This document shows positions 1 through 9,433 of a DNA stretch of 64,000 nt, in pieces (the stretch's first letter is position 1; each line of letters begins with the position of its first letter). Both the position numbers and the translations under genes were made by a program. The notes below the pieces were generated by a model, which was not told the DNA's origin, did not search any database, and saw only the letters and a program-made list of their open reading frames with translations. Origin of the DNA: a virus. Taxonomy: Duplodnaviria; Caudoviricetes. The stretch is taken from the IMG/VR virus record IMGVR_UViG_2857429247_000001, positions 49,386 through 113,385 of that record. One strand, 5' to 3'.

Positions 1-1764
1 ATGGATCCGGACGGGCTCGCCGAGCGCGCGCTCCAAGAGTTCGACGCCTGGGCCGCGTCCTTCGGCGAGACCCGCACCGAGCTCGAGTTGCAGCCCTCGG
101 GCCGCTACAAGCAGGTAACGCGCTTCGCCGAGTTCGTGAATGTGCCGGAGCTGATCAGCCAGTTCCGCGCCTTCGCCGACGTGGTCTCGGCCGAGGACCT
201 GCGCCAGCTCGTGCAGAGGCCCGACATCGCCGGCGGCAAGCGGCGGATCATCACCGCCCCGGCGACCGAGGCGTTCCGCGGGTATCAGCGCCACCTCGAC
301 GAGCGGATCAAGGCGATCGAGGCGCGCTCGGGCCGGCCGAAGCCTGGGGACGACATCATCCTGTCGGTGATCGGCGACGGGCGCCACGCCGCGATGGATC
401 TGCGCCTCGTGCTCCCAGGCCATCCCGACGAGCCGGAGAACAAGCTCAACCGGCTGGTGGCCGAGGTGCACCGCATCCACCTCGCGCACGCCGCGCAGGT
501 CTACCGGCAGCCGGACGGCTCGCCCTATGAGCGCCCCGGCGCGAGCCAGATGGTGTTTTCCGACCTCGGCACGCTCAACGCCGAAGCGCGCCGCGGCTTC
601 TCGGCCTATCGCTGGATCAAGGGCCGCCTCGTGCAACTCGGCGTGCCGGCCTCCGAGATCGCCTTCGTGCAGGACTACAAGGGCAGCCAGGCCAAGGCCC
701 GACTCTTCGCCGACATGCGCGCCGGGAAGGTGCGCATCGTCATCGGCTCGACCAAGAAGATGGGCACGGGCGTGAACGCGCAGAACCGCATGGTGGCGCT
801 GCATCACCTCGACGTGCCGTGGCTGCCCTCCGACATCGAGCAGCGCGAGGGGCGGATCGACCGCCAGGGCAATCAGAACCCGGTGATCGAGATCCTCGCC
901 TACGCCACCGAGGGCTCGATGGACGCCACCATGTGGCAGACGAACGAGCGCAAGGCCCGGTTCATCGCGGCCGCGCTCTCCGGCGACCGCTCGATCCGGC
1001 GCCTGGAGGATGTCGGCGAGGGCTCGGCCGATCAGTTCGCGATGGCCAAGGCGATCGCGAGCGGCGATCCGCGCCTGATGCAGAAGGCCGGCCTCGAGGC
1101 GGAGATCTCGCGGCTCGTGCGACTGCGCGACGCCCACCAAGACGAGCAACACTCCCTGCGCGCCCGGGTGCGGACCGCCGAGCGGGCGATCGCCGAGAAC
1201 ACCGCGGCCGCCGCAGCCCACCGCGCCGACATCGCCCGGCGCGAGCCGGCTGGGGAGGGGTTCCGGGCGGTCGTCGGTGGCCTCACCTTCACCGACCGCA
1301 CCGAGGCGGGCCGGGCGCTGCTCAAGGCGCTGCGCGATCTCGAGTTCAAGGTCGCCAATGGCCGGCCCGGTCGTGACCATCGGCGCGACCAGGACGTGGC
1401 GGTGGTGCGCGGCTTCACGGTCCACCACTGGTCGGCCCTGGAGCGGCTCGGCAAGGACAAGGACGTCGCGGTCGGCGAGATCGAGGTGATGATGTCCCAT
1501 CGCCCGATCAGCCTGCGGGGCAGCAGCGTGACGCCCGGCGCCGTGCTGTTCGACCAGATCGCCGAGGTGATCGACGGCCTCGACGGCCGGCTGTCGGCGG
1601 CCGAGCGGCGCATCGAGGCGGCGCAGGCCGAGATCGCCCGCGTCCGGCCGATGATCGGCCGGACCTTCGATCTCGAGGGCGAGCTCGTCGAGAAGCGCAC
1701 GCGGCTTGCCGAGATCACCGCGGCGCTGGCGAGCGACGACGTCGAAGAGGCGCGCGCGGCCTGA
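1..1764 (+). CDS. C-terminal part of a large SNF2-family helicase/methyltransferase (DarB-like), truncated by the window edge
   Basis: Helicase-C motifs QMVFSDL, GSTKKMGTGVNAQ, HHLDVPWLPSDIEQREGRIDRQGN, typical of DarB/N12-methylase-helicase polyvalent proteins. Confidence 0.85.
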   Translation: MDPDGLAERALQEFDAWAASFGETRTELELQPSGRYKQVTRFAEFVNVPELISQFRAFADVVSAEDLRQLVQRPDIAGGKRRIITAPATEAFRGYQRHLDERIKAIEARSGRPKPGDDIILSVIGDGRHAAMDLRLVLPGHPDEPENKLNRLVAEVHRIHLAHAAQVYRQPDGSPYERPGASQMVFSDLGTLNAEARRGFSAYRWIKGRLVQLGVPASEIAFVQDYKGSQAKARLFADMRAGKVRIVIGSTKKMGTGVNAQNRMVALHHLDVPWLPSDIEQREGRIDRQGNQNPVIEILAYATEGSMDATMWQTNERKARFIAAALSGDRSIRRLEDVGEGSADQFAMAKAIASGDPRLMQKAGLEAEISRLVRLRDAHQDEQHSLRARVRTAERAIAENTAAAAAHRADIARREPAGEGFRAVVGGLTFTDRTEAGRALLKALRDLEFKVANGRPGRDHRRDQDVAVVRGFTVHHWSALERLGKDKDVAVGEIEVMMSHRPISLRGSSVTPGAVLFDQIAEVIDGLDGRLSAAERRIEAAQAEIARVRPMIGRTFDLEGELVEKRTRLAEITAALASDDVEEARAA

Positions 1765-1803
1765 CAGTTCACGGGTCGAGCCCTGAACGCCTCGACCCGT
1801 GAA
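1764..1803. repeat. Phased octamer array (5 units), also forming a 13-bp inverted repeat (1768-1780/1791-1803)
   Basis: acagttca cgggtcga gccctgaa cgcctcga cccgtgaa. Confidence 0.75.
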
Positions 1804-1824
1804 AAAGATACGCCCACCCTCATT

Positions 1825-1911
1825 TTCCCTAGTGCCTTATCCAAGCGGCTTGGATAGAAAAGGACATCGGCACCGGGGCAGCGCCCCACTCCCCAGGGAG
1901 ACACCACCATG
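1825..1911 (+). promoter_or_regulatory. Promoter/leader cassette, family A copy 1 (TTCCCTAGTGCCT-N17-(-10)...CATCG...GGGC-NNN-GCCC-CTCC..GGAGAC..ATG)
   Basis: The 13-mer is identical to copies at 23882-23894, 25117-25129 and 31508-31520 (minus strand); palindrome tatccaagc-g-gcttggata at 1838-1856. Confidence 0.75.
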
Positions 1912-2484
1912 AGCAACCGCGGCCCCCTCGCCTGGACCACCACCGTCCTCCGCAGCCTCAAGGACGACCGCGCGGTCCGCGCCGACGTGCGCGAGCAGCG
2001 TCTCTCCGGCGGCCGGTTCAGCTGGCGCGGCGTCTCGAACCGCCGCTTCGTCACCACCCTCAAGCCGCGCGAACTGATGCCCCTCGGCTCGGTCGTCCTG
2101 GCTGTCTCCCGCAACGAGGTCGGACTCGCCTCCCTGGTCGCGGTCGCCGCCTTCGAGGGCGACGCGGCCGCCTTCCTCGCCTTCCGCGCCCAGGCCCACG
2201 CCGCCGGCGCCTGCGAGCTGCAGATCCACACCCTGGCCGACACCGCCGCCGACCGCGCCGCGATGGTCGCCGACCTGCTCCCCGGCGCGAAGCTGAAGGT
2301 CATCGCCGCGCCCGCGCCGGCCGCCACCGCCGCCTACGACCGCAAGGCGATCATGGCCGCCGCCTGCGCCGCCGCGAAGGCCCGGCGCGCCGAGACCGGG
2401 GAGGCCTGGACCGCCTGCCTCGGACCGGCGCTCAAGGCCGCTTGGAGCGAGGCGCGCGCCGCCCGCGCCGCCGCCCAGCACTGA
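1909..2484 (+). CDS. Hypothetical protein
   Basis: ORF with GGAG RBS and strong GC3 bias. Confidence 0.7.
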   Translation: MSNRGPLAWTTTVLRSLKDDRAVRADVREQRLSGGRFSWRGVSNRRFVTTLKPRELMPLGSVVLAVSRNEVGLASLVAVAAFEGDAAAFLAFRAQAHAAGACELQIHTLADTAADRAAMVADLLPGAKLKVIAAPAPAATAAYDRKAIMAAACAAAKARRAETGEAWTACLGPALKAAWSEARAARAAAQH

Positions 2485-2493
2485 GGATCCACG

Positions 2494-2841
2494 ATGCCCG
2501 CCCTCCAGCTCAGCTCCCACGCGGCCGTGCGGCGGCCGTCCGGCTGCATCGTGATCGCCTTCTCGCACGACGGGCGGGCCGAACCGCTGGGGCGGCGCAT
2601 CGTGGCGGTCCGGACGGCCGCGGAGGCGCGCCGCGCCTTCGACGCCTACGCGGCGGAGCTGCGCGCCACCGGCGCCAGCGCCCGGGCCGAGGGCGATCTC
2701 CTGCCCGGCGAGCGGGCGCCGCGCGGCTTCCGCGCCCTGGACCTGCGCACTTATGTGAACCTCGCCGCCTCGGCCGAGGCCGACGCGTTCACGCGTGAAG
2801 GCGTGGACCCGTCGATAGCTGATCTGGAGGGCCCGTTCTGA
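2494..2841 (+). CDS. Hypothetical protein
   Basis: ORF with GAGG RBS, operonic spacing. Confidence 0.6.
   Translation: MPALQLSSHAAVRRPSGCIVIAFSHDGRAEPLGRRIVAVRTAAEARRAFDAYAAELRATGASARAEGDLLPGERAPRGFRALDLRTYVNLAASAEADAFTREGVDPSIADLEGPF
2784..2815. repeat. Phased octamer array (4 units)
   Basis: cgcgttca cgcgtgaa ggcgtgga cccgtcga. Confidence 0.65.
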
Positions 2842-3347
2842 TGGGCGCGCCATTCGTCCTGCCCGCCGGTGCGGGCCTTGAGATCCCCGCGCCCTTCGCG
2901 CTGCCCGATTTCGACCCGTTCGACCCGAACACCTTCCCAGAGGAGTCGCCGGACGACGCGTGCTTCATCAGCCTGTCGAACGACCACGACCTCCACGCAA
3001 TCGTGGACCGGCAGGACTTCGCGTGGGCGAGGGCGCTCACGTGGTGCCACACCTACGGCTCGGGCGAGTTCGTCGAGCTCTTCCCGGACTACTGGGTCAG
3101 CCCGCGGCCGGATCACATCTACGCCCGCAACTGCGCCGGCGGCACGACGCGCTGGCTGCACCGCGAGATCCTGATCCGGGCCGAGGGCAAGCCCCGGTTC
3201 GCGCGCGCCGTGGGCGACCATAAGAACGGCAACACCCTGGACTGCCGCCGCCGGAACCTGCGCTGGGCGACCCCCTCGCAGAACGCGCGCAACACCCCGC
3301 GCTCGGCCGTCCGCAAGCGCTTCCTCAAGCAGATGGGGCTCCGATGA
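2841..3347 (+). CDS. HNH endonuclease family protein
   Basis: LHREI...GDHKNGNTLDCRRRNLRWAT..QN HNH_3-like signature. Confidence 0.85.
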   Translation: MGAPFVLPAGAGLEIPAPFALPDFDPFDPNTFPEESPDDACFISLSNDHDLHAIVDRQDFAWARALTWCHTYGSGEFVELFPDYWVSPRPDHIYARNCAGGTTRWLHREILIRAEGKPRFARAVGDHKNGNTLDCRRRNLRWATPSQNARNTPRSAVRKRFLKQMGLR

Positions 3348-4201
3348 TCGACACCTCCACGCTCAAGCCCGTCCAGCGCGACCATTTCCCGAATTATGCG
3401 GGCGTCAAGGACATCGACGACGCCCTGGCGGCCGAGCTGGAGGCGGCCGGCATCACGGTTCACCGGTTCGGCTTCCTCAAGGACGGTCGGCGCGAGGTCG
3501 ACACCGAGGTAGTGGGCGATCTCCACGGCTGGGGCTTCCGGCGCGCCTGGTACTATTGGGTCGCCGAAGGTCCTGGCATCGAGTTGGCCGCCGCCGAGAA
3601 GCTGCACGCCGCCCATGGGCAGCATGTTCGCGTGAACGGCCACTGCGGCTGCCCCAGCCCGCGCGAGCAGTTCAACGGCTTGGCCGTCGGCTCCTACCAC
3701 GTCGACCGGCCGTCCGGGTTGAAGGCCCTCGCCGACACGATCCGCGAACTCGTCGAGCGCGCCGCGTCCCCTGCGGGGCCTCGGGACGGAAGCTTTCAGG
3801 CGCGCAACGCCGCCTGGATGGCGAAGGCCTTCGAGGGCGATGCGACCGATCTGGCCGAGCGGGTGGCCCGGTTCGGCGAGGAGTCGCTGGAGCTTCAGCA
3901 GGCGCTCGGCCTGACGCGCGAGGATGCGCACCGGCTCGTCGACTATGTCTTCGACCGGCCGACCGGCTCACCGGCCACGGAGTTCGGCCAGGCGCATTCG
4001 ACGCTGGTGCTCCTCGCCGCCTTCACCGGCCACGACCTGCAGGCCTGCGGGGAAGCTGAACTGGTCCGCGTGTCCACGCCCGAGTTCATCGCGAAGCTGC
4101 GGGGCAAGCGAGCGACCCGACATGGGCGCGGCCCCCTGCCGGGCTTCTCGGCGCCGGGCACGAGCGGGCCGACAGCCCCTGTGGAGGCGGATCGTGGGTG
4201 A
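3344..4201 (+). CDS. Two-domain protein with a C-terminal MazG/NTP-pyrophosphatase-like domain
   Basis: ERVARFGEESLELQQA...EFGQ all-alpha NTP-PPase-like acidic pattern; N-terminal domain unknown. Confidence 0.55.
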   Translation: MIDTSTLKPVQRDHFPNYAGVKDIDDALAAELEAAGITVHRFGFLKDGRREVDTEVVGDLHGWGFRRAWYYWVAEGPGIELAAAEKLHAAHGQHVRVNGHCGCPSPREQFNGLAVGSYHVDRPSGLKALADTIRELVERAASPAGPRDGSFQARNAAWMAKAFEGDATDLAERVARFGEESLELQQALGLTREDAHRLVDYVFDRPTGSPATEFGQAHSTLVLLAAFTGHDLQACGEAELVRVSTPEFIAKLRGKRATRHGRGPLPGFSAPGTSGPTAPVEADRG

Positions 4202-4598
4202 GGCGCGCTTCTTCGTCGTCGACTTCCGTAAGGAATGGACCCGGCAGCCGTACATCACGCTCTGGGGGCCTGACAGCCGCGGCTACAACTGGTCGCTGTC
4301 GCACGCCGGCCGGTACACCGCCGAGGAACTGGACCGCTCGGCCGGCTATCACACGCGGCGCCGGTACGTCGCCAGCCGGGGCGCCTACGTCGGCCCGTGG
4401 GAGCGCTTCGGCGTGCCCTGCGAGGTTCTGGAGCGCCTTGGCTCCGAGCCCGACACCGAGGGCCGCTGGCGCCTCGAAAATGGCGGTCGCCCCATCGTCC
4501 GCAACTCGGCTGCTGTCCGCAAGCTGCTGACCGCCAAGCGCTACGTGCCGAAGCCCGCCGAAGCCAATCCCCACCCCTTGAGCGGAGGGAACGCATGA
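4194..4598 (+). CDS. Hypothetical protein
   Basis: GTG start after GGAGG; overlaps neighbours as in a coupled operon. Confidence 0.6.
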   Translation: MGEARFFVVDFRKEWTRQPYITLWGPDSRGYNWSLSHAGRYTAEELDRSAGYHTRRRYVASRGAYVGPWERFGVPCEVLERLGSEPDTEGRWRLENGGRPIVRNSAAVRKLLTAKRYVPKPAEANPHPLSGGNA

Positions 4599-5146
4599 GC
4601 GCGGTCATCTCACCCTGCGGACTGTACCGCTACCGGCTGGAGCGGAGCATCGGAGGCTTCCTGGCCGGGCCGACCGTGGCCTGGATCATGGTCAACCCGT
4701 CGACCGCCGACGCCGAGACGGATGACGCGACGATCCGGAAGGTGATCGGCTTCTCCGAGCGCCTTGGGTTCGGCGACATCGTGGTCGGCAACCTGTTCGC
4801 CTTCCGGGCAACGGACATCCGAGAACTGCGGACCGCTGCTGACCCCATCGGCCCGTTCGGAGGGGACTACCTTCGCGCGATCATGCGCGGGGCCGAGAAG
4901 GTGATCGTCGCCTGGGGGCCGTGCGCGAAGTTGCCTCGTTGGCTGCGCAGCCGCTGGATGGAAGTCGCCGGCATCGCAGAGGCGAATAGCATCCCGCTTT
5001 GGTGCCTCGGCACGGCGCAGGACGGACATCCGCTGCACCCGCTGATGCTCGGTTACGAGCGCCGGCTGAGCCTCTGGCAGCGGCCCGACCAAGCCTCCGC
5101 GCCCACCCCTTCCCCCGACCCGGCGAGCGGCGAGGCGGCGGTATGA
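4595..5146 (+). CDS. DUF1643 domain protein
   Basis: SAVISPCGLYRYRLER, WIMVNPSTADAETDDATIRK, NLFAFRATD, HPLHPL. Confidence 0.85.
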   Translation: MSAVISPCGLYRYRLERSIGGFLAGPTVAWIMVNPSTADAETDDATIRKVIGFSERLGFGDIVVGNLFAFRATDIRELRTAADPIGPFGGDYLRAIMRGAEKVIVAWGPCAKLPRWLRSRWMEVAGIAEANSIPLWCLGTAQDGHPLHPLMLGYERRLSLWQRPDQASAPTPSPDPASGEAAV

Positions 5147-5511
5147 TGACCCCTTTCATCAGCCCATGGCCAGCGCATGTCCCTCACATCGGCGGCATCC
5201 GTATCGTCGCCAGCGAGGCCATGCCGACAGACACGGTCGAAGACTGGTCACAGGTGCGCTCGCCATCGCGGGCGGCCCGACGGCAACGCCAGGGGCATCG
5301 CCAGCGGATCATCTATCGGCAGGTGCCTAGGCGCGAAATCCTGCACATGCCGGCGCAGAACCTGCTGTTCATGCACCCAGTCGTGTTGCGCGAGTTCCAA
5401 GCGGCGCTGAAGCGGCGCGAGGCGACCAACGACTATTGGGCCGCGGTGAAGAAGGCGCTTCTGGACGTCGGGTGCCGGCAAGCCGCTGCCAGCATGGGAG
5501 GCTCACGATGA
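5143..5511 (+). CDS. Hypothetical protein
   Basis: ATGA overlap with the upstream gene. Confidence 0.55.
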   Translation: MMTPFISPWPAHVPHIGGIRIVASEAMPTDTVEDWSQVRSPSRAARRQRQGHRQRIIYRQVPRREILHMPAQNLLFMHPVVLREFQAALKRREATNDYWAAVKKALLDVGCRQAAASMGGSR

Positions 5512-5581
5512 GCTTCGACCCTCCATCCCTTGCCCTTGCCGCCCTCCTCGGCGCGCTCGCGATCACTGCGGGAGACCGTTC

Positions 5582-5833
5582 ATGAACGACGCCTTCACCT
5601 TGCTGTGGCGCTGGATCGTCGGACCGCGCCTCTACCGGCTCCAATTCTTCATGCGCTCCGGCAACCAGTTCATCCTGGACGGCGTCGAGAGCTACGAGAT
5701 CGAGAACCGAGGCGACGAGATCTTCCGACTGCACCTGAAGCAGAAAGGGAGCCGCAATCGGCTGCTCGTGAAGACGATCGCTCTCGCTCAGATTGAAGCG
5801 ATTGTGGTCCTGTCCGGAAAGACCCCGGCATGA
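5582..5833 (+). CDS. Hypothetical protein
   Basis: ORF with GGAG RBS. Confidence 0.6.
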   Translation: MNDAFTLLWRWIVGPRLYRLQFFMRSGNQFILDGVESYEIENRGDEIFRLHLKQKGSRNRLLVKTIALAQIEAIVVLSGKTPA

Positions 5834-5988
5834 CCGTGACCGCCTCCCTCGCCCTGGCCACCGGTCTGCTCGCCTACGCCGCCGCATCAGGTGCTTTCGT
5901 TGGCCACCTCTTGGCCCCGCCTATCCGCGCAGCCGGTCAACGACGGACGTGGGGACGGGGACTGATCCGAAATCCGAACCGATAGGAG

Positions 5989-6462
5989 ATGACGATGCTG
6001 AGTGCAGTCGAGCAAGCCGCCGCAGAGGCGATCTACACCGCGCTGGAGGAGCGCCACACACTGACGCCGGAGGAGCAGGCGCTGAAGCCGTCCGAGCTGG
6101 CAGCCCGCCGTGCTCTGGCTGCCGCTGCAACGGCACAGGCGAGCACCGAGGCTGGCGATGGCTGGTCCTGGGCGGTCATTGAGGTCATGGGCCACCGCCG
6201 CCACGTCGGCCGCGTCCGCGAAGAGATGCGCTACGGCGTGCCCATGGTCCGGGTGGACGTGCCGATTGACGGCGATCCCGAGGCCAAGGGCTGGCTGACC
6301 CACTTCTATCCTGGCTCCGCGCTCTTCGGCGAGACGCCGTGCACCCGAGACGCCGCGCTGAAGGCGAACAAGCCCTATGAGCGCCCTGCGCAGCTCACTC
6401 TTCCTGCTCGGTACGCGGACGCAGACAGCGATCTCGGCGACGATCCCGACATGCCGCTCTGA
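5989..6462 (+). CDS. Conserved phage hypothetical protein
   Basis: WAVIEVMGHRRHVGRV...MVRVDVP pattern; AGGAG RBS. Confidence 0.7.
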   Translation: MTMLSAVEQAAAEAIYTALEERHTLTPEEQALKPSELAARRALAAAATAQASTEAGDGWSWAVIEVMGHRRHVGRVREEMRYGVPMVRVDVPIDGDPEAKGWLTHFYPGSALFGETPCTRDAALKANKPYERPAQLTLPARYADADSDLGDDPDMPL

Positions 6463-6517
6463 CCGCCTTCCCGACCACACCCGCACCCATACCGCGAGAA
6501 CAGAGGAGCCCTGAGCT

Positions 6518-7192
6518 ATGCCCGATTCCAGCACCATCGCACGCGAAGGCGATCAACCCTGCATCTCAACCCGCGACCAGTTCCCCGAGCGCCGGGGCGA
6601 CTGGATGCAGACCTTCTCGGGCAGGCGTTTCTGGCCGCTCCACCCGCGGGCAGAGGACGTCTGCGTCGAGGATATTGCCCATGCCCTGTCGCTTCAGTGC
6701 CGCTACGGCGGCCACTGCTTGTGGTTCTACTCGGTGGCCGAGCACAGCGTGCTGCTCGCAAAATGGGTTTTAGATCATGGCGCCGGCAGCATCGGCGACC
6801 GCATGCACCTCGCCCTGTGGCTCCTGCTGCACGACGGCGGCGAGAGCTACGTTTCCGACATGGTGCGGCCGCTCAAGCGGCACATGCCGGAATTTCGGAA
6901 CGTCGAAGACGGCGTCACTTGGGCGATCTACGAGCGCTTCGGCCTGGATCCGGCCATGGAGCCTCGCGAGGTCAAGCAGCTCGACAACCGGATCCTGATG
7001 GACGAGCGGGCGCAGGTTATGTGCCCGACCGGCGATGATTGGCACTTCGGCGGCGAGACCGAGCCGCTGGGCGTAAAGCTGCAGTTCTGGTCGCCCGAAC
7101 GCGCCGAGCAAGAATTTCTGGCGATGTTCGGGCATCTCGCCGCTCCGTCCGACATGGCGGCACCCCCCGCTCTCACCACCTCGGAGGCCTGA
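6518..7192 (+). CDS. HD-domain phosphohydrolase (YfbR/YfdR-like 5'-deoxynucleotidase)
   Basis: MQTFSGRRF, EDIAHALS..CRYGGH, YSVAEHS, LLHDGGESYVSDM.RPLK. Confidence 0.85.
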   Translation: MPDSSTIAREGDQPCISTRDQFPERRGDWMQTFSGRRFWPLHPRAEDVCVEDIAHALSLQCRYGGHCLWFYSVAEHSVLLAKWVLDHGAGSIGDRMHLALWLLLHDGGESYVSDMVRPLKRHMPEFRNVEDGVTWAIYERFGLDPAMEPREVKQLDNRILMDERAQVMCPTGDDWHFGGETEPLGVKLQFWSPERAEQEFLAMFGHLAAPSDMAAPPALTTSEA

Positions 7193-7196
7193 GACC

Positions 7197-7397
7197 ATGC
7201 CGGACATCAGCATGTGCCCCAGCGAGGACTGTCCGATCCGCGGCGACTGCTACCGGAACGAAGCCAGCGGGACGCGGCCGAACGAGCGCTGGCAGTCCTA
7301 CAGCGCCTTCACGTGGCAATCCGTGGCCGATGGCGACACCATCCTCTGCGACGGCTTCTGCCCTGCCCGTCCTGCTCTCACTCCCTCGGAGCTTTGA
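7197..7397 (+). CDS. Small Cys-rich phage protein
   Basis: MPDISMC..EDCP.RGDCYR pattern. Confidence 0.65.
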   Translation: MPDISMCPSEDCPIRGDCYRNEASGTRPNERWQSYSAFTWQSVADGDTILCDGFCPARPALTPSEL

Positions 7398-7399
7398 CC

Positions 7400-8410
7400 A
7401 TGTCCTCCGCAACCAAAGCACCGGGCGCTGAAGGGCCGGGCGCCTACGGGATCCCCGGCCTCCCTGACCGGCTAAGCCAGTCCGACCAGCTTCGGATCTT
7501 CAGCGCCTACTACGTCGATAGCCTGCCGGCAGAGGCTGCCGCCGAGCTGTGCGAGCTTGCCGACGAATGGGATGAGCAGATCGCATCCGCCCCCGCACCT
7601 TCTGATCCAGCCGGAGCTGGCGGGGATCTGGGGGAACTGGAAAGGCTGAGCAAGGCGGCCACGCCCGGCATGGCCCGCGCCTACATGGACAAGTATCGAC
7701 TGCGGGTCGGCCCGGAAGACAGCACTTTCGAAACCGAGTTCACGACGGTCGCAGTCACGTCGACCTGTGACAAGGCCGGCTCCAACCTCGTCTATCTCGC
7801 TGCGCTCTGGAACGCTCACCGCTCCGGCCAGCTCGTCGCCTCGACACCGGGACAAAAGGGCGCGGGAGAGGAGAAGACGGGCGCGTCCTCCGGACCGGGC
7901 TCTCGTGAACCGGGCCCTTCGGTCCCGGCCTCCGGCTTCGATCCCTCTCGCGGCTTTGCGGAGATCAGAGCGAAGCAGGCCACCCTGGGCCTCGGACTCG
8001 TCGACATCACCATCATCCGCCACGAGGGCAAGGCAGGTGTCCTGTTCAGCCCTCGCGGGGAGCACGTCGAGTTCGGCGATGAGGGGCGCATTGAAGCCGG
8101 TGAGCATTGGCCGGGCCCAGACGACATCGTGCTCTGGGTCGAAGGCAAGGGACCAAGGGTCGCTATCTCACATCTGGCACAGCTCGGGCCCGAGGGCCCG
8201 CCCGCAATGTCGGAATGGGAAGCTCTGGAGGTTATCGGGCAACTGCCGGCAGCTCTGACGGCCGACGAGCACGCCAGCGCGTTCCGTTCGGCAGCGACCC
8301 GATGCGCTTCGACGGCGCCCGCCCGGTCCCGTCGGCTGGACGCCCGCGCGGATAAGATCGAACTCGCCCTCCGCACCCTTCACGCTGCCGGGGAGGTGCG
8401 CCATGGATGA
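7400..8410 (+). CDS. Hypothetical protein
   Basis: Long ORF within the operon train. Confidence 0.55.
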   Translation: MSSATKAPGAEGPGAYGIPGLPDRLSQSDQLRIFSAYYVDSLPAEAAAELCELADEWDEQIASAPAPSDPAGAGGDLGELERLSKAATPGMARAYMDKYRLRVGPEDSTFETEFTTVAVTSTCDKAGSNLVYLAALWNAHRSGQLVASTPGQKGAGEEKTGASSGPGSREPGPSVPASGFDPSRGFAEIRAKQATLGLGLVDITIIRHEGKAGVLFSPRGEHVEFGDEGRIEAGEHWPGPDDIVLWVEGKGPRVAISHLAQLGPEGPPAMSEWEALEVIGQLPAALTADEHASAFRSAATRCASTAPARSRRLDARADKIELALRTLHAAGEVRHG

Positions 8411-8609
8411 TCGGCTGACCGGCGTCATCGACTGCTCAAGCCGGTGCATGATCCCGGCCGGCGTCACGCTCGTTCGGGTGCCAAAGCCTCGGCACGCTTG
8501 GGGTGACGTGATCGTCTGCCCGATCTGCGACAGCGCCTTTCTCAAGCTGCCTCAGGGCACAGAAGCCCCCTCCGAGTCCCCGTCCACCAAGGAGGCGTCG
8601 GATGCTTGA
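8403..8609 (+). CDS. Small hypothetical protein (CxxC)
   Basis: Overlapping start/stop, GGAGG RBS. Confidence 0.5.
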   Translation: MDDRLTGVIDCSSRCMIPAGVTLVRVPKPRHAWGDVIVCPICDSAFLKLPQGTEAPSESPSTKEASDA

Positions 8610-9057
8610 GAGCCCCGCCACCGATCCCGGCCGGGCGGCCGAGGAGATGCGGGAGGTCAGATACCTTCGCGCTGTGATCGACACCCTGCGACAGGAACTC
8701 GTCACCGAACGCAAGCTTGTGAAGGGCTTCGAAGCCGATCTCATCGCTGCACGGAAGGAGCGGGATGCACTCTCGGCGATTGTCATGGCCGACGATGCCA
8801 AGGCGCTCGCCGAGTACGAATGGGAGCGGGCCAACAAGCTGGCCGACGAAGCCGACCAACTCCGCGCTCGTCTCCACGAGGCTGAGAAGGGGAAAATAGT
8901 CGACCTCGATACGGCGATGAAGCGCGGCATCCGATCTTGGTCCGCCAAACTGCACATCCCGGTCACGCGGATGATGTCGCGGGTCCTCCGCGAAGAAATC
9001 CACGCCGCCCTCACCCCCGCACCAGAAGCAACCCAAGAGGCAGGCGATGGCCGCTGA
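8602..9057 (+). CDS. Coiled-coil hypothetical protein
   Basis: AAGGAGG RBS; heptad-rich sequence. Confidence 0.6.
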   Translation: MLESPATDPGRAAEEMREVRYLRAVIDTLRQELVTERKLVKGFEADLIAARKERDALSAIVMADDAKALAEYEWERANKLADEADQLRARLHEAEKGKIVDLDTAMKRGIRSWSAKLHIPVTRMMSRVLREEIHAALTPAPEATQEAGDGR

Positions 9058-9433
9058 TCAGATTGAGACGCTGAAGGGCCTGCTGGAACGGGTGAAGGCT
9101 GCCGAGGACGGCTCTCACCCACTGAACGTCGAGGTCGGCCGGGCGATGAACCGACTCACAGATCCGGTGCGTCTCCATCACCTCGAGCACATGCCGCTCG
9201 GCCTCGTCGGCCCGGAATGGGAGCCGGGCGGTGCCGAGTTCGAGGCGGCGCGCGCCTCGACTGCGAAAGCCCTGACCAAGCTGGCGCGGGTGGATTGGCC
9301 GACGGACGAGGTGATGGACTGGGAAGTTCGGTCCTGGCTGCGACAGCAGCACTACGGCGATCCCGGGATGGCCGGCTTGCGCGCGGCCGCCTCGGCCGAC
9401 GATGTGGCCGAGGCGAGAGGGCGACGGCTGTGA
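9047..9433 (+). CDS. Hypothetical protein
   Basis: Operonic overlap. Confidence 0.55.
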   Translation: MAADQIETLKGLLERVKAAEDGSHPLNVEVGRAMNRLTDPVRLHHLEHMPLGLVGPEWEPGGAEFEAARASTAKALTKLARVDWPTDEVMDWEVRSWLRQQHYGDPGMAGLRAAASADDVAEARGRRL

